Positions 38,446 through 51,634 of a stretch of DNA of 64,000 nucleotides are shown here, piece by piece. Every line of letters begins with the position of its first letter. The first letter of the stretch is position 1. The notes below the pieces were generated by a model. It was not told the DNA's origin, did no database searches, and worked only from the letters and a program-made list of their open reading frames with translations. The position numbers and the translations under genes are program-made. This stretch comes from Chiloscyllium plagiosum (Eukaryota): assembly GCF_004010195.1 (NCBI RefSeq), contig NC_057728.1, forward strand, positions 48,928,848-48,992,847, read 5' to 3'.

Positions 38446-38524
38446 TTAAAGAAAAACTGGAAGTTTCTTTTCTCAGTCTCCCTTTTTTATTTTTCCTTTT
38501 TAATTAGTGCTTATCTTAAAAAGA

Positions 38525-39186
38525 ATAGGATATGGAAGATGACATTTGGTATGCTTTCCTTTATTAGTCAGAGTATCGAGTACAGGAGTTGGGACGTCAT
38601 GTTGCGGCTGTACAGGACATTGGTGCAGTCACTTTTGGAATATTGCACGCAATTCTGGTCTCCTTCCCATCGGAGGAATGTTGTGAAACTTGAAAAGGTT
38701 CAGAAAAGATTTACGAGGATGTTGCCAGGGTTGGAGGATCTCAGCTATAGGGAGAGGTTGAATAGGCTGGGGCTGTTTTCTCTGGAGCATCAGAAGCGGA
38801 GGGGTGACCTTACAAATGTTTATAAAAATATGAGGGGCATCGATAGGATAAATTGATAAAATCTTTTCCCTTGGGTTGGAGAGTCCAGAACTAGAGGGTG
38901 TAGGTTTAGGGTGAGAGGGGAAAGATATAAAAGAGACCTAAGGGGCAACTTTTTCATGCAGAAGGTGGTATGTGTATGGAATGAGCTGCCAGAGGAAGTG
39001 TTGGAGGCTGGTACAATTGCAACATTCAAAAGGCATCTGGATGGGTATATGAATAGAAAGGGTTTAGAGGGATATGGGCCAAGTGTTGGCAAATAGGACT
39101 AGATTAGGTTGGGTTATCTGGTTGGCACGGACGAGTTGGACTGAAGGGTCTGTTTCCGTGCTGTACATCTCTATGACTCTATGACT
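38525..39186 (+). mobile_element. HER1/CR1 LINE 3' end
   Basis: FGMLSFI, VQKRFTRMLPG and DLRGNFF; tail (ctctatga)n. Confidence 0.92.
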
Positions 39187-40194
39187 AATATAAGCTGTGA
39201 AACTATGAATTCCATGATACTAATAATTCATAATTAAAAAACAATTAGAATTTCACCTTGGGTCCAGCAAGTGCAGACCCTCTGGAATTGGTTGTTTGCC
39301 AACCTGCATCCACAATCCAGTACTTGGGCTTTCATTTCAGAATTCATAATACTTTTGCCCCTGGCTGGTTCTTCACCTAAACATCCATTTAATGATAATT
39401 ATTTGACCACACCTACACTACATACAATCACTCTTATCTTCCATTCATCCAAGCCCTGCATCATTCACGCACAGCTAGGAGTTTAAGGCTGAAGCAGCCA
39501 GAACTCCAGCCAACAAAGCACCCACTGTTTTCCTAATGATGGCCAATTTCTTCAAAATACTGAGAAAAGGCATTGAGGGGGTTGCAAACATGTATCAAAT
39601 TTTTACAAATATCATAACATTTTTCAGCTGCAATCATTCAATAATATTCAAAGGCTTCTGCACTGGTCACATTTTCATAGCTGTGTGCTGTCAAAATGCA
39701 GCAATCAGACTATTAATTTGATAAGAGTTTTTGGCATCAGCATGGTACTGAAACCAGCAGTGTGAAGCAAACTCTGCAGAATACTACATATAACTGAAGG
39801 GAGGCTGGGAGATAATTTCCTCTTTTGAACTTTTCCACATTACTTCATTATTCTGGCCAGAAGTTGTACTTTCTCTACTGATCACATAAGATTCATTTCT
39901 GGTATGTGTTAGAAATTGTGGTCTGATAATTGTTTCACAATAGAAGTTAGTTAGCAGGCCACCATGTCAAGTTTCATTTGTTACTCCTTCATCACCACAT
40001 CGACAGAACACACTGAAATTTCATTTCAAAGCAGTGATTTGTTGGTCAAATAATTAAGCACAGTAACCATTTTATTTATTACTATTGTATCAGGATATGG
40101 AAAAACAAAAAAGATATCTCGGCAACATTTAAATTCCGCAGAATACATGGTTCTCGTAAGTCTATTCAAAAATACCACAGGTTCATTTAACAAA

Positions 40195-40382
40195 GAGAGA
40201 AAGTGAGGTCTGCAGATGCTGGAGATCAAAGTTGAAACTTTATTGCTGGAACAGCACAGCAGGTCAGGCAGCATCCAGGGAACAGGAGATTCCTGAGGAA
40301 GGGCCTGTGCCCGAAACGTCGAATCTCCTGTTCCCTGGATGCTGCCTGACCTGCTGTGCTGTTCCAGCAATAAAGTTTCAAC
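40195..40382. mobile_element. Young PLE family A fold-back element: perfect 62-bp hairpin, 14-bp TSD
   Basis: TSD gttcatttaacaaa at 40181-40194 and 40383-40396; arms 40231-40292/40321-40382 are exact reverse complements. Confidence 0.9.
40286..40327 (+). ncRNA. Intact minimal type I hammerhead ribozyme core at the hairpin apex
   Basis: gagattc-CTGAGGA-a-GGGC-ctgt-GCCC-GAAA-cg-TC-gaatctc; all core nucleotides present; stem III reduced to palindromic ACGU. Confidence 0.8.
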
Positions 40383-40934
40383 GTTCATTTAACAAATACA
40401 ACAGAAGGAGCATCTTGAAATTCCTATTGTTTTTTCTAACTGTTGTGGTGGAATGAACTCTGACCTGCTGTCTTGCCTTTAATTGTGAAAACATGAATAT
40501 TTCAAAACCTTTTCAGCAGTACTCAGCTATCTGCAGAGATTACGACTTAGATTTGAAAATGTTTACAAATCACTCTGCACTTTCACAGAACTATGGTGAT
40601 TTCTATATATAAACAATGCAGTGCTGTATTAGATCAGCATTTTATCTTCAAGCACAGGTCCCTCTGTTCACCCTCACTCCATCATTTGTCATTTCATAGC
40701 TGCAAAAGAGTTTGGTACACAGGCTTTTTTTGGTGCCCTCAAAAATTTCAGCAGCTGGGAGAAAAAAACCCAGCAATATTTAGAAGCTAGAACTGAGAAA
40801 TAATCTGCCATGATTTTTCCTGTTTTTCTTTTCCAAAATCTTCATAAAATACAAATAACAGCTTTGACTGAACAATTTAATGCAGTTATATTGACTTCAG
40901 TATAGTGAACCAATGATTTTTTTCTTATTCCTGG

Positions 40935-42450
40935 TGTGTGACATCTCGAGTCCTCCAAGAATCTATCCTTAGCCCTCTCTTATTTCTCAACCACATGCTA
41001 CCATTTGGGTACATCATCAGAAAACACTTGTTTGACACCTGCACTGTTGATACCCAACTCTACTTCATCATCACTCTTGGCCCCTCTACAGTTGCTGAAA
41101 TCAGACTGTCTACCCAACACACAATGCTAGATTAGCAGAAATGTTGTCAAACTGAATACTGTGAAGATGAGGCCATTGCCCTCAGTCCCTATCAAAAACA
41201 TTAAACCTATTCACCCACATGCCTCTCCCTGACAAGTTCCCCAAACTCAATCAGACCATTCTCAACTTTGATGTCATATCTAACATCACACAATTGCTTT
41301 TCATCATGTGCTATCAAAACCCTAATTCAGGACTCGGTTTTCTCTCCATTTGAATATTCTAATGTGGTCATTTTTGTCCTATTTTCCCTCTCCATAAACT
41401 CTAGCTCATAAAAACTTTCTGTATCCTTGCACCAAGTGTAGGCTTTCCCTGGGTCACGAATGCACATCCTTATGAAACGACCTCCGTAAAGTTTATTATT
41501 TTGAAAAATCGAGTTACATACAATGATTCGAATGGGTGGACTACTTTGTGTGATGCTCAAAACACTGCGCGTTTCCAGTGGCTTGTCGACCTAAGGGAAA
41601 ACAACGCCACACCGTTGTCGCCATTTTAACATGGATTGTGTCAACATCGTTGTGTTTTGATGTAAATTTTTCATGTGTTTATCCTCATCATCATGGCTTC
41701 AGCGCATAGGTCTGACGCAAGTGATGGCGATGGATCGAAGAAAAGGAAAACGATCACAATTGAAATGTAAGTGGAAATAATAAAGCGACCAGAGAGAGGT
41801 AGAACACCAATAAACATTGGAAAAGTGTTAGGCTACAGCCAGTCAACAATCGGGACAACTATAAAGGACAAGGGGAGAGTAATGGAGCATGTAAAAGGCT
41901 CTGTCACAATGAAAGTGACAATTATCACTGAGCAACGCAGTACATAACTGTTCCAACTTACATACAAATTTGACTTATGAACAGACTTAAAAACGCAACT
42001 CATTCGTTACCCGGGGTCTTCCTGTACCAGCCATCCACTATCCCTGAACATGCTGACCTACAATGGCTCCAGGACCAGTAACATTTCAACTTAAAACTCC
42101 TTAGCCACATTTTCAAATCTTTCCTGTCCTATCCTATTCTCACCCTCTCTATGTAACCTCGTCTATCCTTACAGCCGTCTAGGTTTTGCACTCCTTTGAT
42201 TATAGTTTCTCGCACAATGCCTATTTTAATCACTTTGCCATTGACTGTCGTGCTTTCATTCATTGAGGCCCTGACGTCTGGAATTCCCTCCCTACCCTCT
42301 ATACCTAATTTCCTGCATTAACATGCTTCTTACAGACAGGCTTACACTCATGCACCCTGATATCTCATGTGGCTGCATGTCAACTTTTGTTGAGTGACAG
42401 TCCTATTAAGTGCCTTAGGACATTCTACTACATTAAAGGTGATTTATTAA
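40935..42450 (+). mobile_element. Degraded L2-type LINE interrupted by a DNA transposon
   Basis: SRVLQESILSPLLF...VDTQLY (PQGS/ADDTQLY-like); L2-like tail tactacattaaaggtg. Confidence 0.65.
41439..42024 (+). mobile_element. Internally deleted pogo/Tigger-like DNA transposon
   Basis: Imperfect TIRs taggctttccctgggtcacgaatg / cattcgttacccggggtcttcctg-TA. From ATG 41693 it reads KKRKTITIEM*VEIIKR...IGKVLGYSQSTIGTTIKDK, a CENP-B/Tigger N-terminal HTH. Confidence 0.85.
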
Positions 42451-43102
42451 TGCTCGCAGTTGTCAAACAGTGAATGCACAATAATAATTTGAAAAAGTAT
42501 GCTTTACCCAAATTATAAAGGTTCAGCACAGTGTATATACACATACTGTGATAAATTTGTATCTAACTGGAGCGTTAGAAATCAAAAAAACATAAATGTT
42601 GAAGACTTGGTGGCAACATAAGCAAGATATTAGCCTTTCAACGGACTGGACGAAAGTTTCCTCTATCTGCTGTCAGAGTTCAAGCAGTCTTGATCCAAGT
42701 CTGAATGAACAACTCTGGGTTTCTGCAGTCTCCAAGGGACATGGGGTGTAAAATGGAAAGATGTCACTCAGACATGGCAGATGAGTGCTCTTTCGAAGGT
42801 AGTGTTGAGGCATAGTGCTGGGAGAGTTGTTGAGCGAGTTTCACTCTGCTTCTAACTTTGCTGAGACTTTCAAGGAGCAGACGCTTGAAGCGGAAAGTAT
42901 TTCATTTCTGGACGTAATTACTACCTACGTTTGCCATCACAATTTTTCCTAAATAGATTTGAATCCCATGAATCATCATTTAAAATTATTAGACATAGGT
43001 GATAACATACAAGATTGTCCGAATAATCAAGATATTTAAATAAAACCACACATAACTAGCTCATCTGAAATTGTTGAACTGGAACTTGTATATTCCAAGT
43101 TA

Positions 43103-43360
43103 ACATAGAACACAGAAACATCAAACATAGAACATTACCGTGCAGTACAGACCCTTCTGCCCTGATGTTGCGCCGCCCTGTGAAACCAATCTGAAGCCCA
43201 TCTAACCTACATTATTTCATTCTCGTCCATATGCCTTTCCAATGACCATTTAAATGCCTGTAAAGTTGGCGAGTCTACAACTGTTGCAGACAGTGCCTTC
43301 CATGCCTCTACTACTACTCTGAGTAAAGAAACTACCTCTGACATCTGTCCTATATCTACA
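43103..43360 (-). mobile_element. CR1-type LINE 3' tail
   Basis: (catagaa)-type terminal repeats followed by a reverse CR1 3' region. Confidence 0.7.
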
Positions 43361-43589
43361 ACTAGCTGTAGGGATCTAAAATCAGTTTAGCACAGCATAA
43401 TAATCTGAGTTTACTTTTCATGATGCTAGTTAGGAGGGCCATCTATTTTATTTGATCCACATGGATGTTTCAGGTCACTTAATGCTCGTGTGGAAGAAAA
43501 CAAGAAAGATGTTTCAGCTTATAGAGAGACGTACCAAACAAAGGCTAAGCAACTCCTCACACAGAGATATTGGAATTCAGTAAAAGTTG

Positions 43590-44790
43590 TGCTGATAACA
43601 ATGTCTTCTAGTTGGAAGGATGCAACAAGTAGGGTGACACAGGGTTCGGTCTTTGACTCCCAATTATTCACAATCTATATTGGTGACTGCAGGATGCAGG
43701 GAAAAAGGGACAATAGCCAAAGATGTAATCTTTCCCACCTATTTGAGCATTGTATGTTGCAATGAAGAAATACAAAATTTACAAATGGCTAGATTAGGTG
43801 ACTGGAGTTTGGCAGATGGAGTTTAACATGAAAAAGTGTAAAGCTATCATTTTGGTCATAAGGATTAAAAGGCAACTTATTATTGAAATGGTTAGAAACT
43901 TCAGATTGCTTCGGTGCAGAGGGATTGGGGGTCTTTGCTAACTGCAGAAAACTAGCGTACAGGTAAAGCAAGCAGTAAGGAATGCAAATAGACTTCTGGC
44001 ATTTATTGCTAAAGGTGTAGAGTACAAAAGTAGAAAATGTTACTACAACTGTGTAAGACATTATTGAGATTACAATTAGGGTACCGCAAACCATTTTCAG
44101 CCCCTTACTTAGATTACTTACAGTGTGGAAACAGGCCCTTCGGCCTAACAAGTTCACACCGACCCACCGAAGCACAACCCACCCAGACCCATTCCCCTAC
44201 ATTTACCCCTTCACCTAACACTACGGGCAATTTAGCATGGCCAATTCACCTAACCTGCACATTTTTGGACTGGTGGGAGGAAACCGGAGCACCCGGAGGA
44301 AACCCACGCAGACACGAGGAGAATGTGCAAACTCCACACAGTTAGCCGCCTGAGGCGGGAATTGAACCCGGGTCTCTGGCTCTGTGAGGCAGCAGTGCTA
44401 ACCACTGCGCCACCGTGCTGTCCATAATTTTGCTTTCTTTAGCTAATCCTTTTTTCCCCCTAATTAACCTGTTCAGAGATGCTATTACATGTCTCTAGTG
44501 CATATGGGTCTTGAACCTGGGCCTCTTGGTTCAGAGGTAGGGATGAGGGATGAAGTTGCATTAAAGGCGGTTCATAGAGTCATAGAGATGTACAGCATGG
44601 AAATAGACCCTTCAGTCCAACTCGTCCATGCCGACCAGATATCCCAACCCAATCTAGTCCCACTTGCCAGCACCCAGCCAATACCCCTCTAAACTCTTAC
44701 AATTCATATGCTCATCCAAATGCCTCTTAAATGCTGTAATTGTACCAGCCTCCATCACTTCCTTTGGCAGCTCATTCCATACACGTACCA
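43590..44790. mobile_element. Nested cluster: degraded CR1 (+, 43590-44108), HE1-like SINE (-, 44109-44423), second SINE piece (-, ~44430-44545), HER1 tail (-, 44574-44790)
   Basis: VTQGSV RT remnant; full V-SINE in reverse ending caccgtgctgtcc; cttgaacctggg B-box; catagagtcatagagatgtacagc tail. Confidence 0.8.
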
Positions 44791-47700
44791 TTCGCTTGTT
44801 TCTATTGTTGCTAATTATCAGCAAGTACTACAGTAAAAATGCAATTACTCTTGGACACGAAATAATGTATTTGAGAGTAACTCTACAAAAGCATCAGCAC
44901 TGGGAAACTATTTTTGATACTGTGTAGTCATTCTAATCTGCAACTATACAGAATGTTCAATTTAAAATTAATTCAAATCCCAAGTCAACCATCATTTTGG
45001 TCACCAATGTGACTTTTCTCCCGAAAGATCTAGTCACTCTTCTTTTGTTGCATCCTGCAAAAACATTTACCCAGCTATGTGAGCAATTTTGTTTCAAACA
45101 TCAAGATGACATGGCAAAAAAACAACCTGCAATATGACTGATCAGCCATTTCGAAAAGCTAGAATTTGAACTGCAGTCAAGTCTCACTATGTCTCCTGCA
45201 TAAACAAAGGAAGTTTGGGATATACATACATAGGATTGGCCTGCAACGTGTGAAGACTTCCACCAACGGGAACAGCAGCATCTACAAGACCCAACAAGGT
45301 TTGCTCTTTCTCCCCCAACATTCTGTCAAGACCGAGCAAAGATGTCACCAATTCAGAGATTCAATATTTCCAGGATGAGAATAAGAGATAAACTGTTGCT
45401 GTTTGTCATCACTAGAGCACATAATTGGTCAGGAAACACAACTAAAATGTCAAACACTCGAAAAGAACTGGTCATCCACTCAGATGGCACTAGGGGCCAA
45501 AGCTATATTAAGTCTTATATAAATGGGACCGGGCTCAGGTGTTACAACACAGCAGCATTGCATGGTTCTCAGTTCTTCAAGTAGGATCCAGATGCAAATG
45601 TCACTGAGCTGGGTAAGATTAAGGATAACCAGGTTATTGGATTATAAGGGGCACTGACAATTTCAAATAAATTGAAATAACGAGGTAAGCTTACAAAATT
45701 AGTAAATCATTAGGTTATTTTTATACAATTTTAAGTAATTACCTCAATTTGCAACTTTCTTCAAAATGGATTTTGCTACTTCTAAAACTGCCCATTACAA
45801 ATTTCATGGGAACAATCCAGGATAATTTCCTCTGAATCTAAAAATGACATGCTCCTTCCAAATGGTCAATTTGGGATCATGCATTTAATTTGCCACTTGG
45901 CAACCAACAGATTCATTTATTGCCAAGCCCAGACCGTTGGTATATCCAAAGGCTACTTCACAGAACACTTAGCTAATGGTATATGGCATACAATTAAACA
46001 GTCTCCAGTTTTCAGAAACAAAATGCAAAACACTTAGCCATCATACTTTTATCTCAAAGTTTAAGTAAAAATTATTGTGGGCATGGTTCAAAAGTTAACT
46101 CAATTTTTGCCTACATTTGTCAAAGGATTCAATTGCAGCTACCTTTCCTCTGGCCACAGTGACCTGATATTAGGAACGTGATTATACCACCAGCTGTCAA
46201 GGTTAGAAAGTTGCTTTTTAATGGAAGGGAATGAATTTGCTAGGAGCTAAACAGTAGATCCAATGTGTTGACTGTTGATCTTTCAATTTAGGCTCTCATT
46301 AAAATTTAAGAACATTTTAACAAAGTTAACATGAACAGTATGGAGTGCAAATGGTACTTGTGCCTTCATTCCTTTCACTCCCTGTGACAACAGACCTGTA
46401 ACTCATTTGCCTACACAACTTGTGATTAACTAAGCATGACATCAATTCAGAACTTATTCTGCAGCAATGATTTACAGAGTGACAGTTGAAGCCAGGTATA
46501 TATTGGGAATATGATTTGATTCATACTATCATAGGATATATTGTCGGCAGAAACATTAAGCTTTTATTTTACCATAAAGTACTTGGACTGCCTCTGCTTT
46601 CATTAAGTGACCCAGAAGCATTTTCAGTCAGTCATGAGGTGAAAAAAATTCAACAAAATTACAATCCAGCTATGACAACAGCCTGTGTCTAGCAGCAGTG
46701 AATAAATGTTAACATTTTAAAGAAGTGTGCTGTCAGCCTGCTGAACCATTTGAGGAAAAAAAAACCATAACCACATACAAGCACCACTGCATAGACTTGT
46801 AGTTTCTACATTACACCCACACAGCTTTCTTTGAGTGTGTGATTAGAAGGGCTGATGCATGATCACACCAAATTCTTTCCTTCAGCTCACATATCAAGAA
46901 CTTGCCCTCTTGGCTGCATTCTTTTTCTAACAACCACAGTAACCTTGGCAACCAAGCACTCCTATTATGACCAGCTGGTCTTTTAAAGCTGCCTATGCTA
47001 GCATATGAACTTTTGTACCACTTCAAACAGGGCCAAGAGTTTACTTCAACTCCCACGTCATTTTTTCAATAACTAGACAGGGGCCTAATTTAAGTAAGCG
47101 CGGATCACAATTGATACCGAAAGGAAAAGCCTACATCTCCTTAAATATTGTGCTACATAGATTATTCATGCAGTGTTAGCTTGGATTTTAATTGTGGAAG
47201 AAAAGCTGCCAGGATTTATAAAATACTTTCCTGCTTGTTCCTTCTTGCAAAACAAATTCTCAGCCTGCTTAAACTGCTATCAGGATAGACAGTACCTTCC
47301 ACATGGTGAGAAATGAACTCCAACTGTTTCGCGACTTGAGAGTTTGTTTAAGCTGACTGTGGAAGAACTGGAGTGTTGCTGGCTTCAAACGTTATAAGGC
47401 ACATTTATCATTTTGAAGTACGGACTTCTGCAGGCACCCCGCTTTCCCTTGGTGACCGAAGCTCAGTTCCTGAAGTTGATGGCGGCCCGGTTCTTTAAAA
47501 ATGTGGTTCTAAAGATTCAATTATTGGGATCAGCAAGTCAATTTTCATGCAGGGAGCAGCATTTGCTTTCTGTGGGTTTGTATGCAAAAGCAAATGCCAG
47601 TACATTTCTGGAGTTGACACTTACAGCAGGAGAGTAATGAACAGAGTTAGCCCTCTGAAAGCAAGGTGCAGTGATAGCACAAGTAGTTACAGAATTGCAG

Positions 47701-50444
47701 TCAGCCTTGAACATAAAACATCAACACTTGACGTACAATTCCTAAAAATGAAAATCACTTGACATTAATCTAATAGAATATAAAAATCTAAAAATATCAC
47801 TGATCATCAACAGTCCCTCAATGTTCTGCTTAAAACCAAGAAAAAGTCAATGTTTGTCATAAATCGGTAAATAACAGCAACTGCTATTTACTACAAATGC
47901 CCTCAAAGTTCTATTTATGCCAAAACTGGATGGGTTTAACCACAATGTACACACCAAAAGAAAACAGTTATTGGAATTCAAGATACATTATTGGAAGTTT
48001 ACTTCATCACGCGCTGATTTCTCTTCCTTCTTCCCTGTGCTGTTTTGAATGTTTATACACAGTTTGGCCTAATGTGTTCAATTCATTCTCTACAGTTTTT
48101 AGTTCAACTCTTCATTTAAATTAGATTGTAAAACCATTATGAAGATTTCTCAGTACGTAAATATGCTACATAATAAAATGCGATTTTAAAACAGCTTAAA
48201 AGATACATCATGAGTCAGGAAACAGAACAGAACACAAACTCCAATCAAAAACAAATGACAACTTCATAAACAAAAACCAACAGCTCCTTTACCTTAGCAA
48301 GTGTTCAGACCTGAAATGCTGACAACAACTTTAGTTTCTTCACAGATGCCAAATGACCTGCCGAGCATAGCCTTTTTTTCTCCGTTTTTGTTAACAAAAT
48401 TCCAACATCTATGGTATCAAGCAATTTATTTTGTGGGTAAGTAGTTAAGCGTTTCTCTGACCATGTCACAAATAAGGCTTTGACTCAAGTCTTGTTCAGA
48501 TTAAATCCAAAGACATGTATAGCAACAATATGCAACACACAAGAATGCTGTAGTTAGCAGCTGCCTGCTCCAATTCTTTGAATGAAGATACAGCATACTC
48601 AGATTCCATGGGCAACCAATCCAACCAGAAAAAATAAGATCAAACAATAGAATTACTGGAATGCTTGATCAAATATGACCATGTCACCAATGCTCAATTT
48701 CTTTTGAAAAATACTGCTCTTTATGGGAGAAACAAAGTCTACAGATGCTGGAAATCTGAAATAAAAACAGATTTACACAAAACTCTGCATTTGCTTTCCT
48801 CCCAGCATTTTTTTTAAAGAGACTTCAGAGTGAAACTATAAGCTTAAAATTAGAGGTGACAAAAATGGTTCGGCAATGAAATGCATTTGAACTACGCACA
48901 AATTTAGCCAGATAAATTGGATAATTTACATTTATGTCTTTAAAATAGAAATTGCACAATTATAGGATATAGTCATATTTCTTCTGACATTATTTAGCTT
49001 CATTAACCATAGCTAGTTCAAAGATGTTAAATTACACAGCAAGATTAATTTTTTTTTTCCTTTGATTTTGTACAGTTAAGTAATTATGCTCATTGCAGAC
49101 TCCTACTGTATGACTCAATTACACACTTGAATTCAAATTTTAAATGAAGGCACTGATCTTCAATCAACTATTTACTTCACATAGCGATGAAGAAATAACT
49201 TCTTTTTTAAGCCAAAAAAATTATCCTATTTTATAATTAGACTAGCATTTTGCCTCTTTACCGAATCAGTAAATGATGGATTTTTTAAAACAGTCAAGTA
49301 TGACTAGATTTAGACAGTCAGGTAAAAAGCTCTTTTCAGAAGGAAGTTAAATCTTACAAATTCAGAAAGTTTGCATTCAGCCAGTTTGACACAGTGAGCA
49401 TCTCACAGCCCTAAAACCTCTCCTTTCATATACTATCACATCACTCAGCTCTGATGAGGTTCCACAAAAATAAGACTTGTTCAGTTCAGAGAAACATAAA
49501 AGGCATGTTAAAAACGTCCTTTGTCACAACAATTTTTAAGCACGTCTTATGTCTCAACCCCATTTTGGCAACAAACAGATAGATCTTCGGGGTTTGCACC
49601 CTTTTATGCGAGATGAAGAATCTTAAAAATTGTACTCAATGCCTTATATACTGTATTGAGCATCGCTGAATTTGACACAGTTTGTCAAAGCTTTTCCTCC
49701 TGCAATCCTTATGACAATTCATAAAGAATATCAATTCAAGGTAAAAACCAACTGCATGAGGTGTGCGCTGATTGGTTCTGATCAGTAGCCGAGAATGCAC
49801 CCATTGGTGATGATTGGCCTCATGGCAACACTGATGGTTCAAACACCGACAACTTGATTGATTAAATTGTCAGGACCATGACAACACAGGAGGCCATTTG
49901 GACAATCACATCCATGCTTACTTTCTATATAACAATCCAGTCATTCCTATTCACCCCATTCTGTCCTAATCATTCTACAAATTTATTTCCCTCAAATATT
50001 CATCTCATTTCCTTTTGAAATAATTCATCTTGTCCACCGCCACTAGCTTTATTGGCAGCCAGTTCCAGGCCATTATCACTTGATGTGGAGAAAAAGTCCT
50101 TCATGTCCCCAAAACCTTAAATTTGTCCTTGTACCATTAATTAATGGGGACAGCTTTTCTTTCTCTACCTTATCCAGAACTGCCATAAGTACAGAAGAAA
50201 TAGGAGAACACATGGCCTTTCACACCTACTCCCCTCATCCAAAGCCTGTAAGCCCTCCTCCTGTGATTGAGATTCCATAACCAATCTCTCAGCATGCTCC
50301 ATCAAGCCCCCCTGGAATTATGTGTACCTCAATTTCAATCTCTGGAGTTTCGAAGAATGAAAGAACAGAAGAAATAGGAGCAGAGAGAGACCACTGAGCT
50401 CTTTCAGTCTGCTGCACCCTTCAACAAGATCACTGGCAGGAAGA

Positions 50445-51634
50445 GGAGGCATTTTCTAAATGGGGAGGAAATTCAGAAGTCTGAATTGCAAAGAGACTTG
50501 GGAGTTCTAGTCCAAGATTCTCGCAAGGTAAACTTGCAGGCTGTCAGTAGTTTGAAAGGCAAATGCAACGTTGGCATTTATTTTGAGAGGACTTGAATAT
50601 AAAAACAGGGACGTACTTCTGAGGGTCGATAAGGCTCTGGTCAAACTACATTTGGAGTATTGTTTTGGACCCCATATCTCAGGAAGGATGTATTTGCCCC
50701 AGCGTGGGTTTAATGGAGATTCATGAGAATGGTCCCTGGAATGAGCGGCTTAAGAGATGAGGAACATTTGAGGACTCTGGGTGTATACTCAACGGAATTT
50801 CTAAAGATGAGGAGGGATCTAATTGAAACTTACAGAATACTGGATGTCCTGCACAGAGTGGATGTGGGAAGATGTTCCCATTGCTAGGAGAGACTACGAC
50901 CCGAGGGCACAGCCCTAGAGTAGAGTCATACAGATGTACAGCATGGAAACAGACCCTTCAGTCCAATTCATCCATGCCGATAAGATATCCTAACCTAATC
51001 TAGTCCCATGTGCCAACTCTTGGTCCATACCCCTCTAAACCCTTCCTGTTCCTATACCCATCCAGATGCCTTTTAAATGCTATAATTGTATCAGTCTTCA
51101 CCACTTCTTCTGGCATCTCATTCCATACACGCACCACCCTCTGCGTAAAAAGGTTGTCTGTTAGGCCCCTTTTAATCTTTTCCCTTCTCACCCTAAACCT
51201 GTGTCCTCTAGTTCTGCATTTCGCCAAACAGGGAAAAGACCTTCTCTATTTACCTTATTCATGCCCTTCATGGTTTTATAAACCTCTATAAGGTCACCCC
51301 TCAGCCTCTGATGCTCCAGCCTGTTCAGTCTCTCCCTTTAGGTCAAATCCTCTAACCCTGGCAACATCCTTGTAAATCTTTTCTGAACCCTTTCAAGTTT
51401 CACAACATCCTTCCAATAGGAGGGAGACCAGAATTGCACACAATATAATGGGAAAACCTATTAGAATGGAGATAAGGAAAAACTTCAGCTAGAGAGTGGT
51501 GAATTGACTATATTTAAGACGGAGATAGATAGGTTCTTGATTGTCAAGGGGAATCGAGGGTTACGGGGAGAAAGTGGAAAAATAGGCTGTAGAAACTTAT
51601 CAGCCATGATTGAATGGCGGAGCAGACTCGATGG
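50445..51634 (+). mobile_element. CR1 (second family) 3' part interrupted by a minus-strand HER1 3' end at ~50921-51445
   Basis: Homologous to 22420-23130; the insert encodes FTQRVVRVWN on the minus strand. Confidence 0.88.

Noticed and set aside
40231..40382. Hairpins (also 3835-3962) as pre-miRNAs or MITEs
   Set aside because: Multi-copy repeat family with asymmetric overhang, 14-15-bp TSDs and hammerhead cores; fits PLE inversions better.
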